Assembly (NCBI GenBank): GCA_030704615.1
Contig: CM060731.1
Coordinates: 63,116,001 to 63,180,000 of the forward strand
DNA: 64,000 bases
Direction: 5' to 3'
DNA from: Takakia lepidozioides
Taxonomy: Eukaryota; Plantae; Bryophyta
The position numbers and the translations under genes are program-made. The notes under the pieces were generated by a model. The model worked only from the letters and a program-made list of their open reading frames with translations, made no database searches and was not told the origin of the DNA. Below are positions 1-13,200 of the stretch, one piece after another. How positions within the stretch are numbered: position 1 is the first letter of the stretch; each line of letters opens with the position of its first letter.

Positions 1-47
1 GAGATCAGATCTGTGCAAAGGAGAGCGTGTTTGAGGTTTGTTAAAAA

Positions 48-422
48 ATGGGTTGTCTGGGAAGACGATCGTCTGCTCTCGCCTCCTTCTGTGTTGTGGT
101 CTCTCTTCTCTTAATGGCAGACTTTGCCGTTGCCGGGAGTCAGCTGGAGGACGCTCCTCCCATGTTCACAGAGCTCGCAAACTCCAGTGAGATGTACTCG
201 GAATTCGGGGTGGGGGGAATGCTAGGATCGAAGGAGACCATGCGACGGATGTTGGCTGGGTCAGGGTACTTCATAAGCTACGGCTCTCTCTCTGCGAACC
301 GAGTTCCATGCCCAGCTGGGTCAGGCAGGTCTTACTACACGAATAACTGCGACTCGACCAACTCTCCTGTCAGGCCGTATACAAGGGGCTGCACGGCCAT
401 CACACACTGTGCTAGAGGCTAA
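48..422 (+). CDS. RALF: Rapid alkalinization factor (RALF) peptide precursor
   Basis: Intronless 124-aa ORF with a hydrophobic N-terminal signal peptide, an acidic pro-region and an RRML site-1-protease (RRxL) site. The mature part has a YISY-like motif (YFISY) and the RALF 4-Cys pattern (VPCPAGSGRSYYTNNC...PYTRGCTAITHCARG). Confidence 0.95.
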   Translation: MGCLGRRSSALASFCVVVSLLLMADFAVAGSQLEDAPPMFTELANSSEMYSEFGVGGMLGSKETMRRMLAGSGYFISYGSLSANRVPCPAGSGRSYYTNNCDSTNSPVRPYTRGCTAITHCARG

Positions 423-2092
423 CTCGACATTTCAGAGGTTGGTGTCTACCTCTCTGCCACTCAATGTCTGCATCATGTGCGTAACCCCGTTAGAGTAGAG
501 CCCTATCTAGCAGATAGTACAGCTGTGAAGTTTCATTTTGCGATTGTGAAGACTTGTTTGGGGGTACAGCCCGCATTCATCTTGGCCGCAAAGCTTCGGG
601 ATGGCGTTGATGTCAAAGCGTTATACTGTGACAACTGCTTTTTCTAGCCTCTTGTCTTCCCTTCCCCACCTTCTCGACCTTCCTCTCTTGCCCCCTCTAT
701 ATCTCATGCACGCTGGGGTAGTAAGAACACAAGGCTACGGCAAGTATGGTGTAATATATGTTCAGTGCGTTGGCTTGGGCTGTACTTGTCTCCGTGTCTG
801 TGATGATTAAAAATGTGACGCTACTGTTTCGTGTGTCATCGGGCTGGAAGGCCATGGCAAGGTAGCATTGTAAAATATGAAAATACAGAAATCCATCCCC
901 CCCACCCCCTCCTCCCCCATGCAGCATTTTCCGTTTCTCCACCAAGATTAGTCTTACTTCTGGGGGGGAGCATTCACTGAAAAGCAGTGCATAGTTCCTA
1001 TGGCTCGATAGCAATGGCATGCAACTTTTGTTAGTAAGGACTTGTGCCCTTACCTCCTGCGCCCTTCCTGCCTTAGCCTACTCTCCACAAAGTTTTCACT
1101 TCTTGTGTGAGTGTTCGATGATTGCAGTGGTGGGGCTCTCCTCTCTCCCCTGTCACGATGATCAATGGGCCAACCAAGTTTGTCACATGACCCTCTTTGA
1201 TCAGAGTGCTCCATCTCCAAACAAGGGTCAAGATTCAATCCTATCTACCTCTGAAAGATTTCCACTTTTTGGAGCTGCATTGGTGCATTGTGAGCTGGAG
1301 TTCAGTGTAAGTTCTGCTGGAGTCTTCCTTCTTGCCTCAGAAAGTAATCACATGATATTTCATCTCAACCGGAGGCGCTGTTAGCAACTTTTCGAATGAA
1401 ATGCAAGTGGCTGCAGTGTTCTGGACAAGAGTTGATCCCTTGCATTGTAGGAAGAACTCCCCATCATAGTGGTTCAAGCCAACACATGAACACTTGGTTA
1501 TGTATTATTCTTTTTTAGGTTCATCCCAGGTGCTGTGAGGATAAGAGTGATCTGAGCAGTCAGGACCCACTATGCTTGGAGCCCGTAGGAGGGGTCAGAG
1601 CATCCCCACCCTACAGTGAACCCAGCACGCCAACGGAATATCAGGGTGTGGTGGGCGGGAAAACGTCCACACCCTTGCACCGAACCCTATATCCCATGAA
1701 AAGCGGGCATTGAATTTCCTTCCGTGCACTGAACCCGAGCGCCCTATTCAGGGCCCCGAATAAGCCCCTGAATCTAAGTCAATGCGACCATGCCCAGGTC
1801 TAACGCGTGCGTGTCAGCAGCTTGGCAATGAGCACAGCCCCTCCTGCCAATGGGAGCCGAGCTGTGCAGGGACAGCGTGGGGGATTCAGGGGCAAGGGTG
1901 TGCGCGAGGAGGGGCTGCCTTGCCACAGAACCCAACAGGCCCTGAATCGATCACGTAATTTTGGCGATACAGAGAGTCTTTCGGGCTCAAGGGTGGGGAT
2001 GCTCTCACCCTGGGTGGCCACACTACCTGCTGTGTGCTTGGCAGTTAGTCTCAGGTCTGTTTCCGCGTCTAAAAACTTGGAACTAAGGGTTT

Positions 2093-2510
2093 TAAGCCTG
2101 TGGAGTCTTTCCCAGCTTGAGCTCATTGAGCTTTGGGAGTTTGCAACTGGATTTAATTACTTCTCGAGTCACTGAAGATGTCTGTTGAGGTCTGGTGCAC
2201 TCAGTCACGTCACAATATGGTAAGGAAAAACCATGCCTGCCCCTGCCTGCAAAATGAACTCCCCATGTGTTGTGGTAGACACAAGGCACTGCTCTTTTGA
2301 AACATCTTTTCTCCAATTACTTTCTGATTTTATTAGTTTACAGGACTTGTCAAGCTTCAGCTTTCACCTGTTGTAATCTTCTCTTGTTCTGCAGATCTGT
2401 TGTCCTTGTGCTTGGATGTCTACACCAAGGCCTCAAGTGCTGGAATTCACTGTTGCTGGAGCTCACTGCTCTCACATTCTGATTGGTGTTGAATAGCTAG
2501 CAGTCAGCTG

Positions 2511-2551
<41 letters not shown>

Positions 2552-2770
2552 GTGTATCATGTGTAGGTGAGCAAGTGGTCCACATGGAAAAATGGGATGC
2601 AACAGTGTGAGATTCAGGACTCTGCTTCATCTACGACCACTGTAGATTGCTCAAATTGAGGAAGAGTTCTTTGGTGATTAATTTGCATCTGAGAGCTCTT
2701 TAACTTTCTTGACATGGATATTCTTTAAAAGCCAATTTTCAATTAGAAGAGTATTGAAGCTCAAACAGAC
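2093..2770 (+). repeat. Copy 1 of a ~700-bp direct duplication flanking the tRNA-Tyr
   Basis: Collinear with 3974-4708 (gagctttgg.agtttgcaactggatttaatt ... GA microsatellite ... tcaaacagac). Both copies contain a (GA)n tract, at 2514-2548 and 4459-4483. Confidence 0.85.
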
Positions 2771-3119
2771 TGCCTTTCCAATGTTTTGCTGACCATTTTT
2801 TGTCATAATACTGTAATTTTGAGACCTTATTCACACCATAGTTCTTTAAGGAATCATGAATACCAACATCCTTATCTGCCCAACTAATCTCAGTCTTCGC
2901 GAACCTTCTCTTGTGACTTGATGTTCACGCAGTGTTCAGAGGGGTCTTCAGCAGATCTTGAGCCATGGACCTTGTGTGAAAACTAATCAACCGACATGGC
3001 CTCAACAATGTCCCTAGTCTGTGGATAATCTTTATGTAAAGAACAGCAGCAAGCACTATGATGATTTGTCTGCCGCATGGACACCCCTTCTTCAGAAATT
3101 TTTATCAGTTCTGCTATCC

Positions 3120-3447
3120 AATTTCTGCCTGCTTGATGGATCAAAGATTCACACCATTGTCACATGCCCCCGCAGACAGAAGTCAGCTCACAAACCTTAC
3201 ACCCAAACCACAATGACAGTTGTGAAACCAGAGTGTGAGAGAAACCTCAAGCAACCTTCATGGCCTTCGTGTGGACGGAACAAATTTCTGCCTGCTTGAT
3301 CGATCAAAGATTCACACCATTGTCACATGCCCCTGCAGACAGAAGTCAGCTCACAAACCTTACACCCAAATCACAATGACAGTTGTGAAACCAGAGTGCG
3401 AGAGGAACCTCAGGCAACCTTCATGCCTTCGTGTGGTCGGAACAAAT
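3120..3447 (+). repeat. Two tandem 163-bp units, part of a dispersed repeat
   Basis: aatttctgcctgcttgat recurs at 3120 and 3283. Segment 3011-3232 also matches the reverse complement of ~50817-51030. Confidence 0.85.
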
Positions 3448-3686
3448 TGCGTGCTGCAAAAGCTTTGGCAATGTGTCCATCAATTGTTGCATAAGTGTCT
3501 TGACTCTGCTGCTGCTTTGATTTTCCTTAAGCAGAGTCACAGTGTAACTCTGTTTGAAGGTGGGAAGGGAGGTCTGTTTGAGGTTGCACTGTGTCCTTGA
3601 CTCTGCTGCACAGGTTCACAGTGTTATTATAGGAACCAAAAATAAAAGCCACAATTGAAACACGTGTTCTGCCCCATGCAGTGAAG

Positions 3687-3769
3687 TCCGACCTGCCGGA
3701 TTCGAACCAGCGACCTAAGGATACCTGCAACTCTACAGTCCTCCGCTCTACCAACTGAGCTAAGGTCGG
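3687..3769 (-). tRNA. trnY-GUA: tRNA-Tyr(GUA) with a 10-nt intron (3723-3732)
   Basis: Minus strand reads CCGACCTTAGCTCAGTTGGTAGAGCGGAGGACTGTAG[AGTTGCAGGT]ATCCTTAGGTCGCTGGTTCGAATCCGGCAGGTCGGA. This is a canonical plant cytosolic tRNA-Tyr body with A and B boxes, a GTA anticodon and an intron after position 37. A T-run lies ~40 nt downstream. Confidence 0.96.
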
Positions 3770-3973
3770 ATGATGAAATGAGAGTTGTTCTCAAAGTATT
3801 TACCACTATGTCAGAACAAAACATTGCTATGAGTTAGGTAGTTACATGCTTGAAATGATGGGTTGAACAAGGGCTCTTTAGAAAGTGAACTCAGACACAA
3901 GGGTCCTGTTGTGAACGTTGAAGGATCAGACATCCAGTCTGATTCCACGTTGGAAAGTTTGAACTTCGACTTG

Positions 3974-4708
3974 TAAGCTTGTGGAGCCTTTCCTAGCTTG
4001 AGCTCGTTGAGCTTTGGCAGTTTGCAACTGGATTTAATTTGGACTGAGCACCCTGACCCTGTTTCCTTCTCGAGTCACTGAATATGTCTGTCGTTGAGGT
4101 CTAGTACGCTCAGTCAAAAGTAAACATAAGTTAAGGAAAAACCATTCCTACCTGTGAAATGAATCCCTCTATAGGGAGTGGACACAAGACATTGCTCTTC
4201 TCAAACATTTTCTTTTTTCCATTCACTTGATCTTATTTTTTCAGTTGACAGAACTTGTCAAGGTTCAGCTCGCATAATGTAATCTTCTCTTTGTTCTGCA
4301 TAGCCAGATCTGCTCTCCTTCTGCCTGGATGTCTACAGCAAAGCCTCCAAGAGCTGGAATGGAGATAGTTGTCTGTATTAGTTGGAATTCCTTGTTGCTG
4401 GAGCTCACTGCTCTCACATTCTGATTGTTATTGGATAGCTATCAGTGTCAGATAAAATTAGAGAGAGAGAGAGAGAGAGAGAGTCGTGTACCATACCATG
4501 TACAGGTGAGCAAGTGGTCACATGGAAAAATGTGATGCCACAGTTTGTGATTCAGGACTCTACTTCATCTAAGACCACTCTAGATTGCTCAAACTGAGCA
4601 AGAGTTCTTTGGCGATTAGCTTGCATCTGAAAGCTCTAACTTTCTTTGACATGGATATTCTTTACAAGCCAAATTTTCATTCAGAAGAGTATTGAGGCTC
4701 AAACAGAC
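3974..4708 (+). repeat. Copy 2 of the ~700-bp direct duplication
   Basis: Diverged copy of 2093-2770. It is followed by 4751-4890, an inverted copy of ~2845-2982. Confidence 0.85.
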
Positions 4709-5452
4709 CTCCCTTCCCCCTTCCCATGTTACATTGATCAAGTCTGTAGATTTCACACAAGGCCCATGGCTCAAGATCTGCTGAAGACCCTTCTGAACAC
4801 TGAGTGAAAGATGAAATTCGAGACCCGAGAGAAGGTTCACAAAGGCTGAAATACGTTGGGCAGATAAGAATGTTGGTATTCATGATTCCTTGTAGACCTA
4901 TGTATGAAGAAAGTCTCAATTATCCATATCACAAATCAAGAATGCAAGGTTCTGCAAAGGGAACGGAACAAAAGAAGCATTCAGAGACCAGCAGATATAT
5001 AGAGCATCATGCATGGAGTTCACGCCAAAAGCTTCACGCAATTTATATCAGGTACTCCCACTGGGAGACTCCAAGAGTACATTATTGACACACAACTGAC
5101 ATAGCTCCGGCTGTAGCACGGAAATTCCTACTATACACTCCCTCATAACATATACTACATCTAATAGTACAGTTAATACATACTTAATTCAAGCACAAAG
5201 AGACCCCACAATATCCGTTGAGCTGCTCGTCTCTGATGTTGAGTATGCACTGCACCTATGAAGAGCTCAAATCGACCAAAGTAAAGACAAGCAGCTTCTT
5301 ATTCCAACGCGTCAAGATTATTTCAACTGTCAAATTCATCCCTGCAGTCTAATGTGGTCTTCCATTCTTATCCAGGGTGAGGTCTACAGGCACTAGCAGA
5401 AGGATGGCCGATGTCACTGATTCCCTCCCTCTCTGAAATTCGGAGAAGACAA

Positions 5453-7947
5453 TCACATGTAGAGCTTGGAATCATCAAGTATATCAGGAAACAGCACAGG
5501 TCCGTCACATAGATGCTCTGGAAATACCGGCATAGTCTCCCAGGTCATGTACATGTCGTTGCTGACGAAGGCCTCTCCACTGATATCGGAGTTGCAAGAG
5601 ATGGGAGAATCCTCACATCTGGGCATTTGCCAACTGTTCAACCACCCATTCACCGTCTCCCCCTTCACATTCAGACAATCGTTAGGTACATCTAGCTTGG
5701 GTGGTAGCCAAGCAGTCGAAGGGTTAGATTTCACATCTTGCCACTCGTTGATCTTTCCTGGCAGCTCGTATCGCTGGGGCTGCTGCCAACCAGCCGGAAG
5801 CTCACACAAGTTCTGCCAAGTTTCTACAGCTTCTTCACACTTGGTGTTCTCCCAGGGACTTGGCCAAGTGAGTGGAGGCTGCTGTGGCAACTGGGGTATC
5901 TGCGGCATCGGGTCACTGTTCCAGAGCCACTCTGCCCGAGGCTGGAGCTCTCCACCTGTCCCGAAGTTGTGAATGGAGCTCAAACCGGGGGGCAGGATGG
6001 ATTGAAGATTGTCTGGGTTCCGACTCGGACTAAGAATAGCACCGAAGCCACAAGGACTACAGACTTCTGCTGCGGGTCCCGAGAGAGACTCGACTTCCGA
6101 AGAGAGAGAGAACAGTCCTGAAGGACTGCCGGCGGAGGCAGACCCAAAAGAACATACGGACTCGCCTGATAGAGACATAGGAGATGCGCTTGAATCATCA
6201 GAATACGTTACATGAGTGGAGAACAGGCACGGGCTAGATATGGAAGGGGGCCGGGGTAGCGACGGCTTGGGAAGGCGACGCAGAGACTCTGCAGATTGCG
6301 AGACCACTTCTGCAAGAGGATCCAAGGACTCATCCGAATACTGCGTGATTCTCGGCAACTTGGAAGGGATTGGCAGAGAGAATACACTTCGGTGGCTGGA
6401 GGCAGAACCAGTACTGCATGTCATTGTAGAGTCGCTGGAGGGTGCGACCAACGCAGGAACATCTGAAGCATCTTCCATGTAGGATACCTGCAGAGGAACA
6501 GTCCACATGTTAAATCTTCCTCGAGACATGCAAACAGACAAAAACTCGTAATGCATGAGATTACGTGCTGTGTGAAACAGTATCTCATATCGGAGATTGC
6601 AGTTTCATACTTCCTCGTGCGAAAAGATGACGATGCTTCCACAGGGTTTAAGATTGCAGGGTTTTGGGAAATTAAAGCTTCACTAAAGACTGATTAGCAA
6701 TGCATAATCGGCCAAGAAGTCACAACCCCACTTGTCTCGGACATGCCACCGACTTCAAGCAAATTGGGTACTGTTACCGTATACAAAGCCTTGAACGAAC
6801 GCTATGTCTCAGAATTGACAAACAGATCTTAACACAAGTCACACTTCCTGGAATCGTTCAATGCAAACACGAAATTTGACTTGTAAGGTAGCTGCCATGA
6901 ATGCATGCACCTTCTACTGACTCGGGCCCTTCTTAAACTGTAGCCAATTGCCAACCTCTGCAACAGTAACGTAATCAGTACCTGAGAAGGGGGGCTTCTT
7001 GCGGGCTGACGAGATTCATACAGAAGACACTTGATCCCTCGGTCTCTTTCCGGAGCGAATGTGCGGGGCTCATACACGTAATCAGACAGAAGCCATTGCT
7101 TCCTTCCCGTGTTCCCTGTCATTTCCTCTTTCCGGAAATGGGGGTCTGGAAGTACCACCTGATCCTCTCGCAGTACACGCCTGGGTGGGTCACTGATAGC
7201 ACCCGCCAATCTCTCCACTGACTCGTAGACCTGCTGTGCAGGCTCCTTTGGGGGATCTGTGAGCTTCTCTACAGATCGGAAGACTTGGAGAACGGGTTCA
7301 CTGCAAGAATCCATTAATCTCTGTAATGGACGATACACCTGCCGAGCAGGTTCACTTGCGAACATGGGCAGCTTCTTAGAGGGCTCGAAAACATTTCGAG
7401 AAGGCCCAGTACCAGAACCAGTTGCCCCCAGCCTCTCGGCAGGGCGGTAGACTTGCCGAGCAGATTCACTGCAGGTCAATGAAGTCAACCAATCAGCCTT
7501 CTTAGGCTTGCTTGCAGGCAGCCCAGTAGAGGAAAGATGAGCATCCAGTTGCTGCTGCTGCTGCAGCTCTCTAGAGGCCGTCATAGCTTGGGAGAGGATG
7601 CACGTTTGATGTGAAGGATACACAAAGTTTGTGCGTGCTTTCATGCCCCGCATAGATCTAGCAGCAAGATCATACGCCAAAGCAGCATCTTCAGCCGTAT
7701 CGAAAGTTCCAAGCCACCTTCTTTCCTTGGTATTGGGATCCCTGATTTCCGCAGCATATCGGCCCCAAGGCCGGCGACGCACACCTCTGTATCTCCCCTC
7801 CCGGCTCCTTCTTACTCTCTTCTCTCCTGCCTTGCGAATGCTGGACGGCCGGGGCCCCATGTCTGGACCTCGGGTCTGGCGGACACTGGAGTACGCAGCG
7901 GTTAGTTGGCCTTCTTGTGACGTGAAAGATTGGATTCTGCCCACCAT
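5453..7947 (-). CDS. AP2/ERF transcription factor, ERF group VIII-b (ESR/DRN/LEP/PUCHI-like); exons 7947-6982 and 6487-5453
   Basis: Single AP2 domain [57 protein letters not shown] phase-0 GT-AG intron at 6981-6488 (CAG|GTACTG ... CTGCAG|GTA) joins the two track ORFs in frame (RSPPSQ|VSYMEDAS). The C-terminus is Ser/Pro-rich and acidic. The start is assumed at the first ATG (7947). Confidence 0.88.
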
Positions 7948-9649
7948 AGCCACCGTACCCTCCTTGCGTCCTCTAATTATCTGTCTTTCCCTCCCCCAAC
8001 GGTAGCCTGCGATCCTTACCCGCTATATGAAAATGTAGTATAAGAATTCAAGCACTTGACAATCTGATGTAGCTCCGACAGGAATCGCGTCTGCATGAAA
8101 GCATAGGTACTGACCTGTGCTCTTCTTTGCGAGTCTGTCTCACTGCACCGCATGGATTAAACGGACGGTTCTCTCACGAAATCTGTGAGCCTGAACCAGA
8201 CCCCTTATATTTATACACCTCTCAGAACACGTGAGTACTAGTAAATGACAACACTTCCCAGCAGTTGGAAGTAAACAGGAATGCGAACAGCGCTAGCCCG
8301 AGAGATGGACTGAATACCTCTAGACACTCCCCACAGTATGTGACTATACTCTCTGCGCGCTAAAGAAGAACGCAGAAGGAAAGCCTTACAAGCTCCCAAC
8401 CAAAACAAGCAGAGGGAGCAAAGTCGGGCAGGTGACTGCTGAGACAGCTCTACAGAACACCTTACAAGAGAGAAAGACAAGACTAGAGCTACAATTCAGA
8501 GACTCCAGGAGACAACTAGTGCCTGCCACACACTAGCATGAAGTGAGATAGAAACAAGAGACACTGAAAAGCAGAGAAAGGAAGAGATAGAGACAGAGAG
8601 TGCGAAAAAAACTGAGGAAGATGAAAGGACAGATATGGAGCTGGAGCTTGGATGATGGACACAAGACGTACTGATTCAGTGCGGCATAACTCCAAGTGTG
8701 CAGCACACACAGGATCTGCAGACAAGGCAAGTGTGCGAGACGACTGGGAAGAGAGGGATGCGCTTATAAACACACACTGCCGGCGGCTTACTATCTCACC
8801 ACCCTTTTTCAGGTAACCGGATACTTGCCAGGCGCTACTTTCCGACATCGCACAAAAGTGCCCCGCCGGTGGTAAATCCAGGCCGGTAAAGTAAATCTAC
8901 AGAGTGGATTCTGCGTACGCAACCGCGCAGCTGGCTGCATGCGGCTAACATTCACCGCGCAGTTCACCGCATCCCCGTTCTGCATCTCTAGCTACTCACT
9001 ACTCACTACCTCTGTGTAGCCTTGTTTTTCCAAATTTCACTGAAAAAGTTTAACTATTTTCTTAAAAGGGAAAGCAAATTGTTGGTTTCGAATGGAAACA
9101 CAACGGGCAAATTTACGGATCGTGTGCATTGTGTTCTTGATTTCCCGTTCCTTTGTCGATGCCGATGCCGGAGAAAAATTCAATATCGCTCATTGAATAA
9201 CTTCCGGACATCAATATCGCACATAATGTTTTCAAGCCACATTGCAAAGGGTACTGGATTATTATTGAAATTAAAATGTGTTTGATTTGACTACTAATAA
9301 CCAGCTTACTAAATACACTAACAAACCCCATAACTTTGGATGGTTCAAGTACCAAAAGCCCATGGTCGGATTTATTAGGGGGGATTGACAATCCGGGGAG
9401 ATTTTCAGAGGATCCAGTCCCGGGGCTAGATTCCGGGCTAGGCTGTGCGCAGCCCGAGGGGATCCCGTTTACCGGCACGACGTGCCGTTTCTCGGTAACC
9501 CCGCCCAACCCCGTTCCGGTCAAAGCCAACCGTAACATTCCCCGTTACAAAGTCAATCGCCACATTCCTCCCTAACCCTGGTTAAGTGTGTGGTTAATAC
9601 TGGACTGTTGGCTACAACGGGTGCCGTCTGACCGGATGGGCCACATTAC

Positions 9650-10260
9650 GGAACGGACTGTGCGTGTGTATGATTGAGGATTATAGTTATTGACGTCGCC
9701 GCAAGTTGGTCGCGGGCCGAGGCTCCACACGGTGTTAGAATTTCGGATCGGAGAACGGACTGTGCGCGTGTATGACTGACTATGATAGTTATTGACGTCG
9801 CCGCAAGTTGGTCGGGTCGAGGCTCGACACGGTGTTGGAATTTCGGATGGAATTTCGGATCGGAGAACGGACCGGGCGCATGTATGATTGACGATGATAG
9901 TGATTGACGATGATAGTTATTGACGTCGCAGCAAGGTGGTCGGGTCGAGGTCGCAGCAAGGTGGTCGGGTCGAGGTCGCAGCAAGGTGGTCGGGTCGAGG
10001 CCCGACACAGTGTTGGAATTTCGGATGGAATTTCGGATCGGAGAACGGGCCGTGTGCATGTATGATTAACGATGATAGTTATCGACGTACGCAGCAAGAC
10101 GGTTGGGTCGAAGGGAGCATCGACATAATTAGCGAAACACGCAGAGGCCATTGGGATGGAAATTTTGCATGGGAGAACGGACAGTTGGGAGAACGGACAG
10201 TGATTGACGATGATAGTTATTGACGTACCAGCAAGACAGTTGGGTCGAAGGGAGAATCAA
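9650..10260. repeat. CpG-rich complex minisatellite (~100-180-bp units, with an internal 25-bp triplication)
   Basis: Recurring gatagttattgacgtcg, ggaatttcggat and ggagaacgg blocks; gcaaggtggtcgggtcgaggtcgca x3 at 9931-10000. Confidence 0.8.
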
Positions 10261-13200
10261 CATAAACTGCTCACAGCCCCTAGGCACCTGAATTCCATAT
10301 CGGAGAACGGACCCTCTTCGTTTACCAAGACTTAAGTCCTAGATTGCTGATATTTTTCTTGGGTAACGGCCTACGTTCCCTCTTTAATCATGTGCTCAGA
10401 GGATAATCACTCAATTATTGGTAACCAAAATAGAATTACTCCATTCCGTCGCAGGTACATTTCACACAACTTAGTAATCAAATCAAATCAAATTTGTATT
10501 AACTATTAAACCCCCCACCCGACTAGCAAATATACTAAAACCGAAAACACCTTCATCCTACTAGTACAAATTCATACTCTTGAAGATGAGTAGGTACCGT
10601 ACTTAGTTGCCGGAAGTTGCTGGAATGTCCTCAACACATACAAGCGAAAAGTACCCGCTGTCCAACCATTCATCGGATGTTCGATTCACAATATCAAAGC
10701 ACTTCATAGCTACAACTTGAAAATCTCCGAAACCGACTTGCTCCACCATGAGAATATCTCCTATCTAGGTATATTCACCAAAACCAGTTCACATGAAAAC
10801 CAAAAATAAATAAGAATCCAAAGCTCCAAATGAAAATTCCGGAAAAAAAACAAATAAAAAATAATGGCATCCCAACTTCACTGAAAATCCAAATTTGGGC
10901 TCCGCCAGTAACGAAATAAAACAATATATATATATAAATATAAATGCGGGGCACCGACATTTGCGACTGGACCGTTATGACGGACGGGCAGCCGTCACGG
11001 TGGCGTGACAGGCGGGTGGCTAAACTGGTGGCGATACCTGGCACGCGCGGATCCGTAACGGTATGCATTAGATGCTGCGGCTGCCGGTCTGAAAATGACC
11101 CCCTTTATAGCGAATCATCGCGCATATTGAATCCAAATAGCATTTGCCAGCTCGCCCCCCCTCCTTTTCAGGCGTCCCCGTCTGGGATGAATGCGACGGA
11201 CGGAATGTATGGATTAATGTAACGGACGGAATTGATGGTACAATCCCGTAACGGATAAGACCCTCGCTATATATAAACCCAATAATTAATCATCATTAAT
11301 TCGGCTATTAAGAGTAATTTGAATTAATAATTTTATACTCCGTCTCTCTCCCCGCAACTCCGTCTCTCTCTCCTCCGCCACCCCGTTTCTCTCTCTCTCG
11401 TCTGTCAGTCTCCTCCGTTGCGGAGGAGACACAGAGAAACAGACAGAGAGACAGACAGAGGAGGTGAATCTTCAATCAATCAAGCCAGGGCATGGCTGCG
11501 CGATGATGCAAGCAACAGTAAAGGCGGGGGGGGGGGCTGTGCACGGCTGTGGCCGTTGAGGTGGTGAAAGAAGGAGGAGAGGGGGGGCAGTTTGGGGGGG
11601 AAGACGAAGATGTGTGCACGAGGCCATAACTGTGCGAAGGCTGCTGCAGGACTGCATCTTTATAGCTGTGCAGTGCAGGGTGTGCAAGTAAACAAAGCTT
11701 GAACGCCATAGCCAGACTGTAGTGCCTGCCTCCACGAACGGATTGCGTCCGGCGCAGGCTGGGCACGCGCACACTTGTGTATTGGGCCCCTCCCCTCTCT
11801 TTACTTCTGCTGCTCTTTTGCTGCCCCCGCTAACGGTACCTGGCACCACTCCCATCCCTAGTCCGCAACTTTTCGCCACCTCTATGCCACCACCGCACAC
11901 ACGACCCACTCCCCCAATTCTCCCCATAAAGCACCTTCAAACTTGGTAGGCTACGTGTGGAGTGGACCCACACCCTGATTGAGCTTCAGAATATGGTATC
12001 CATGTTTCTCTATAGGGTGTGGAATCTAGGGTGGTTTTGAAGTGCGGGTACAGCTCTTCAGGCTAGACTTGTTTGGTATAGTAAATCAGTACTTGACAAG
12101 GAGAGAGAGAAGCAGGTTAGTTCTAAGATGGCAGATTAGAGCAGTGAAAGCAGGGGTAAGAGGACAGATAGTTAAGAGAAAGTGGTAAATGCCATGTGGG
12201 GCACACCGGGCCTGCCTTGACGGTACTCGCCAGCCGCGCACGCGTCGCCAGGACGCTGGCGTCACTCCCTGGCTTGCCCATTATTTGCAATCATGGTCCT
12301 CCTCTCTCCCTCCCATGTTGAGATTGCAGTGTTCCATACAGTGTGTTGTGGAGCTTCTGGTGTTGGAACTTGGGAGTAATAAGCTTGGGAGTAAGTTCAC
12401 AACAATGCGTGTTCTGGCTGCTTCTTCTAGAGCTGGTGTAGGTACCATGTAAGTAGCGCATGGCATAGAAGATACCGCCCTGCTGCAGTCATAAAGCCAT
12501 CTCTCTAAGCTGGGCTCGCTCCGAATTCTTTACAAAAGCTTTGATGATGATGTTGGGTGGTAGATTTTGTGGCCTCATGCCACCGCTTCTTGTCTTCTCA
12601 ACCGGTTTTCAGCTTCAAGTAAGTACATAGCAGGGAAGCAGAGAAGGAGAGACTAGTTTGATTTGAACTGTGCCCAGAACAGTGTGTGGGAAACTGGTTA
12701 TGAACAACAGCTACGGAAGGCGGCTGCATGAGGCATCATCATAATTATTTAGGGCTTGGATATGTGTACCTGCAGTTCAGCATTTGGATCATAGCTCATG
12801 TCAAATCAGCACATGCCATGCAATTTATGTGCCAGCTCAAATGAGCAGGTTAAATTCCTGTGAATAGACAGACTTACTTTGACATGCCCCTATTTACCTC
12901 AAGTAGGTTGCTACTTATGTTAGGCTTAATGTCCACCTTAGACCACTCCTTAACATATTAATGGGAGAGTTCAAGGTTAATTAGAGCTTAAAACCAACTG
13001 AATGCTTTTAAAGTGGGTTGATTGGCAAAATGAATGAAGTGATTTTCGTAGCCACAAATAATGAGAACTTTCTGTTTTCACTGTCCACATTGGGTAACTT
13101 CTACACTGCTTCAATGGGAACTCTCATGATCCCTAATTTGCATTAGGGACTACACATGCAAAATCCAATCAACCCTTACCTCAATCATGCCAACTTGGTA

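Noticed and set aside
6829-6981. C-terminal tail of the 374-aa ORF and N-terminus of the 367-aa ORF as separate proteins
   Set aside because: Both are read-through into the 6981-6488 intron; the ORFs are two exons of one ERF gene.
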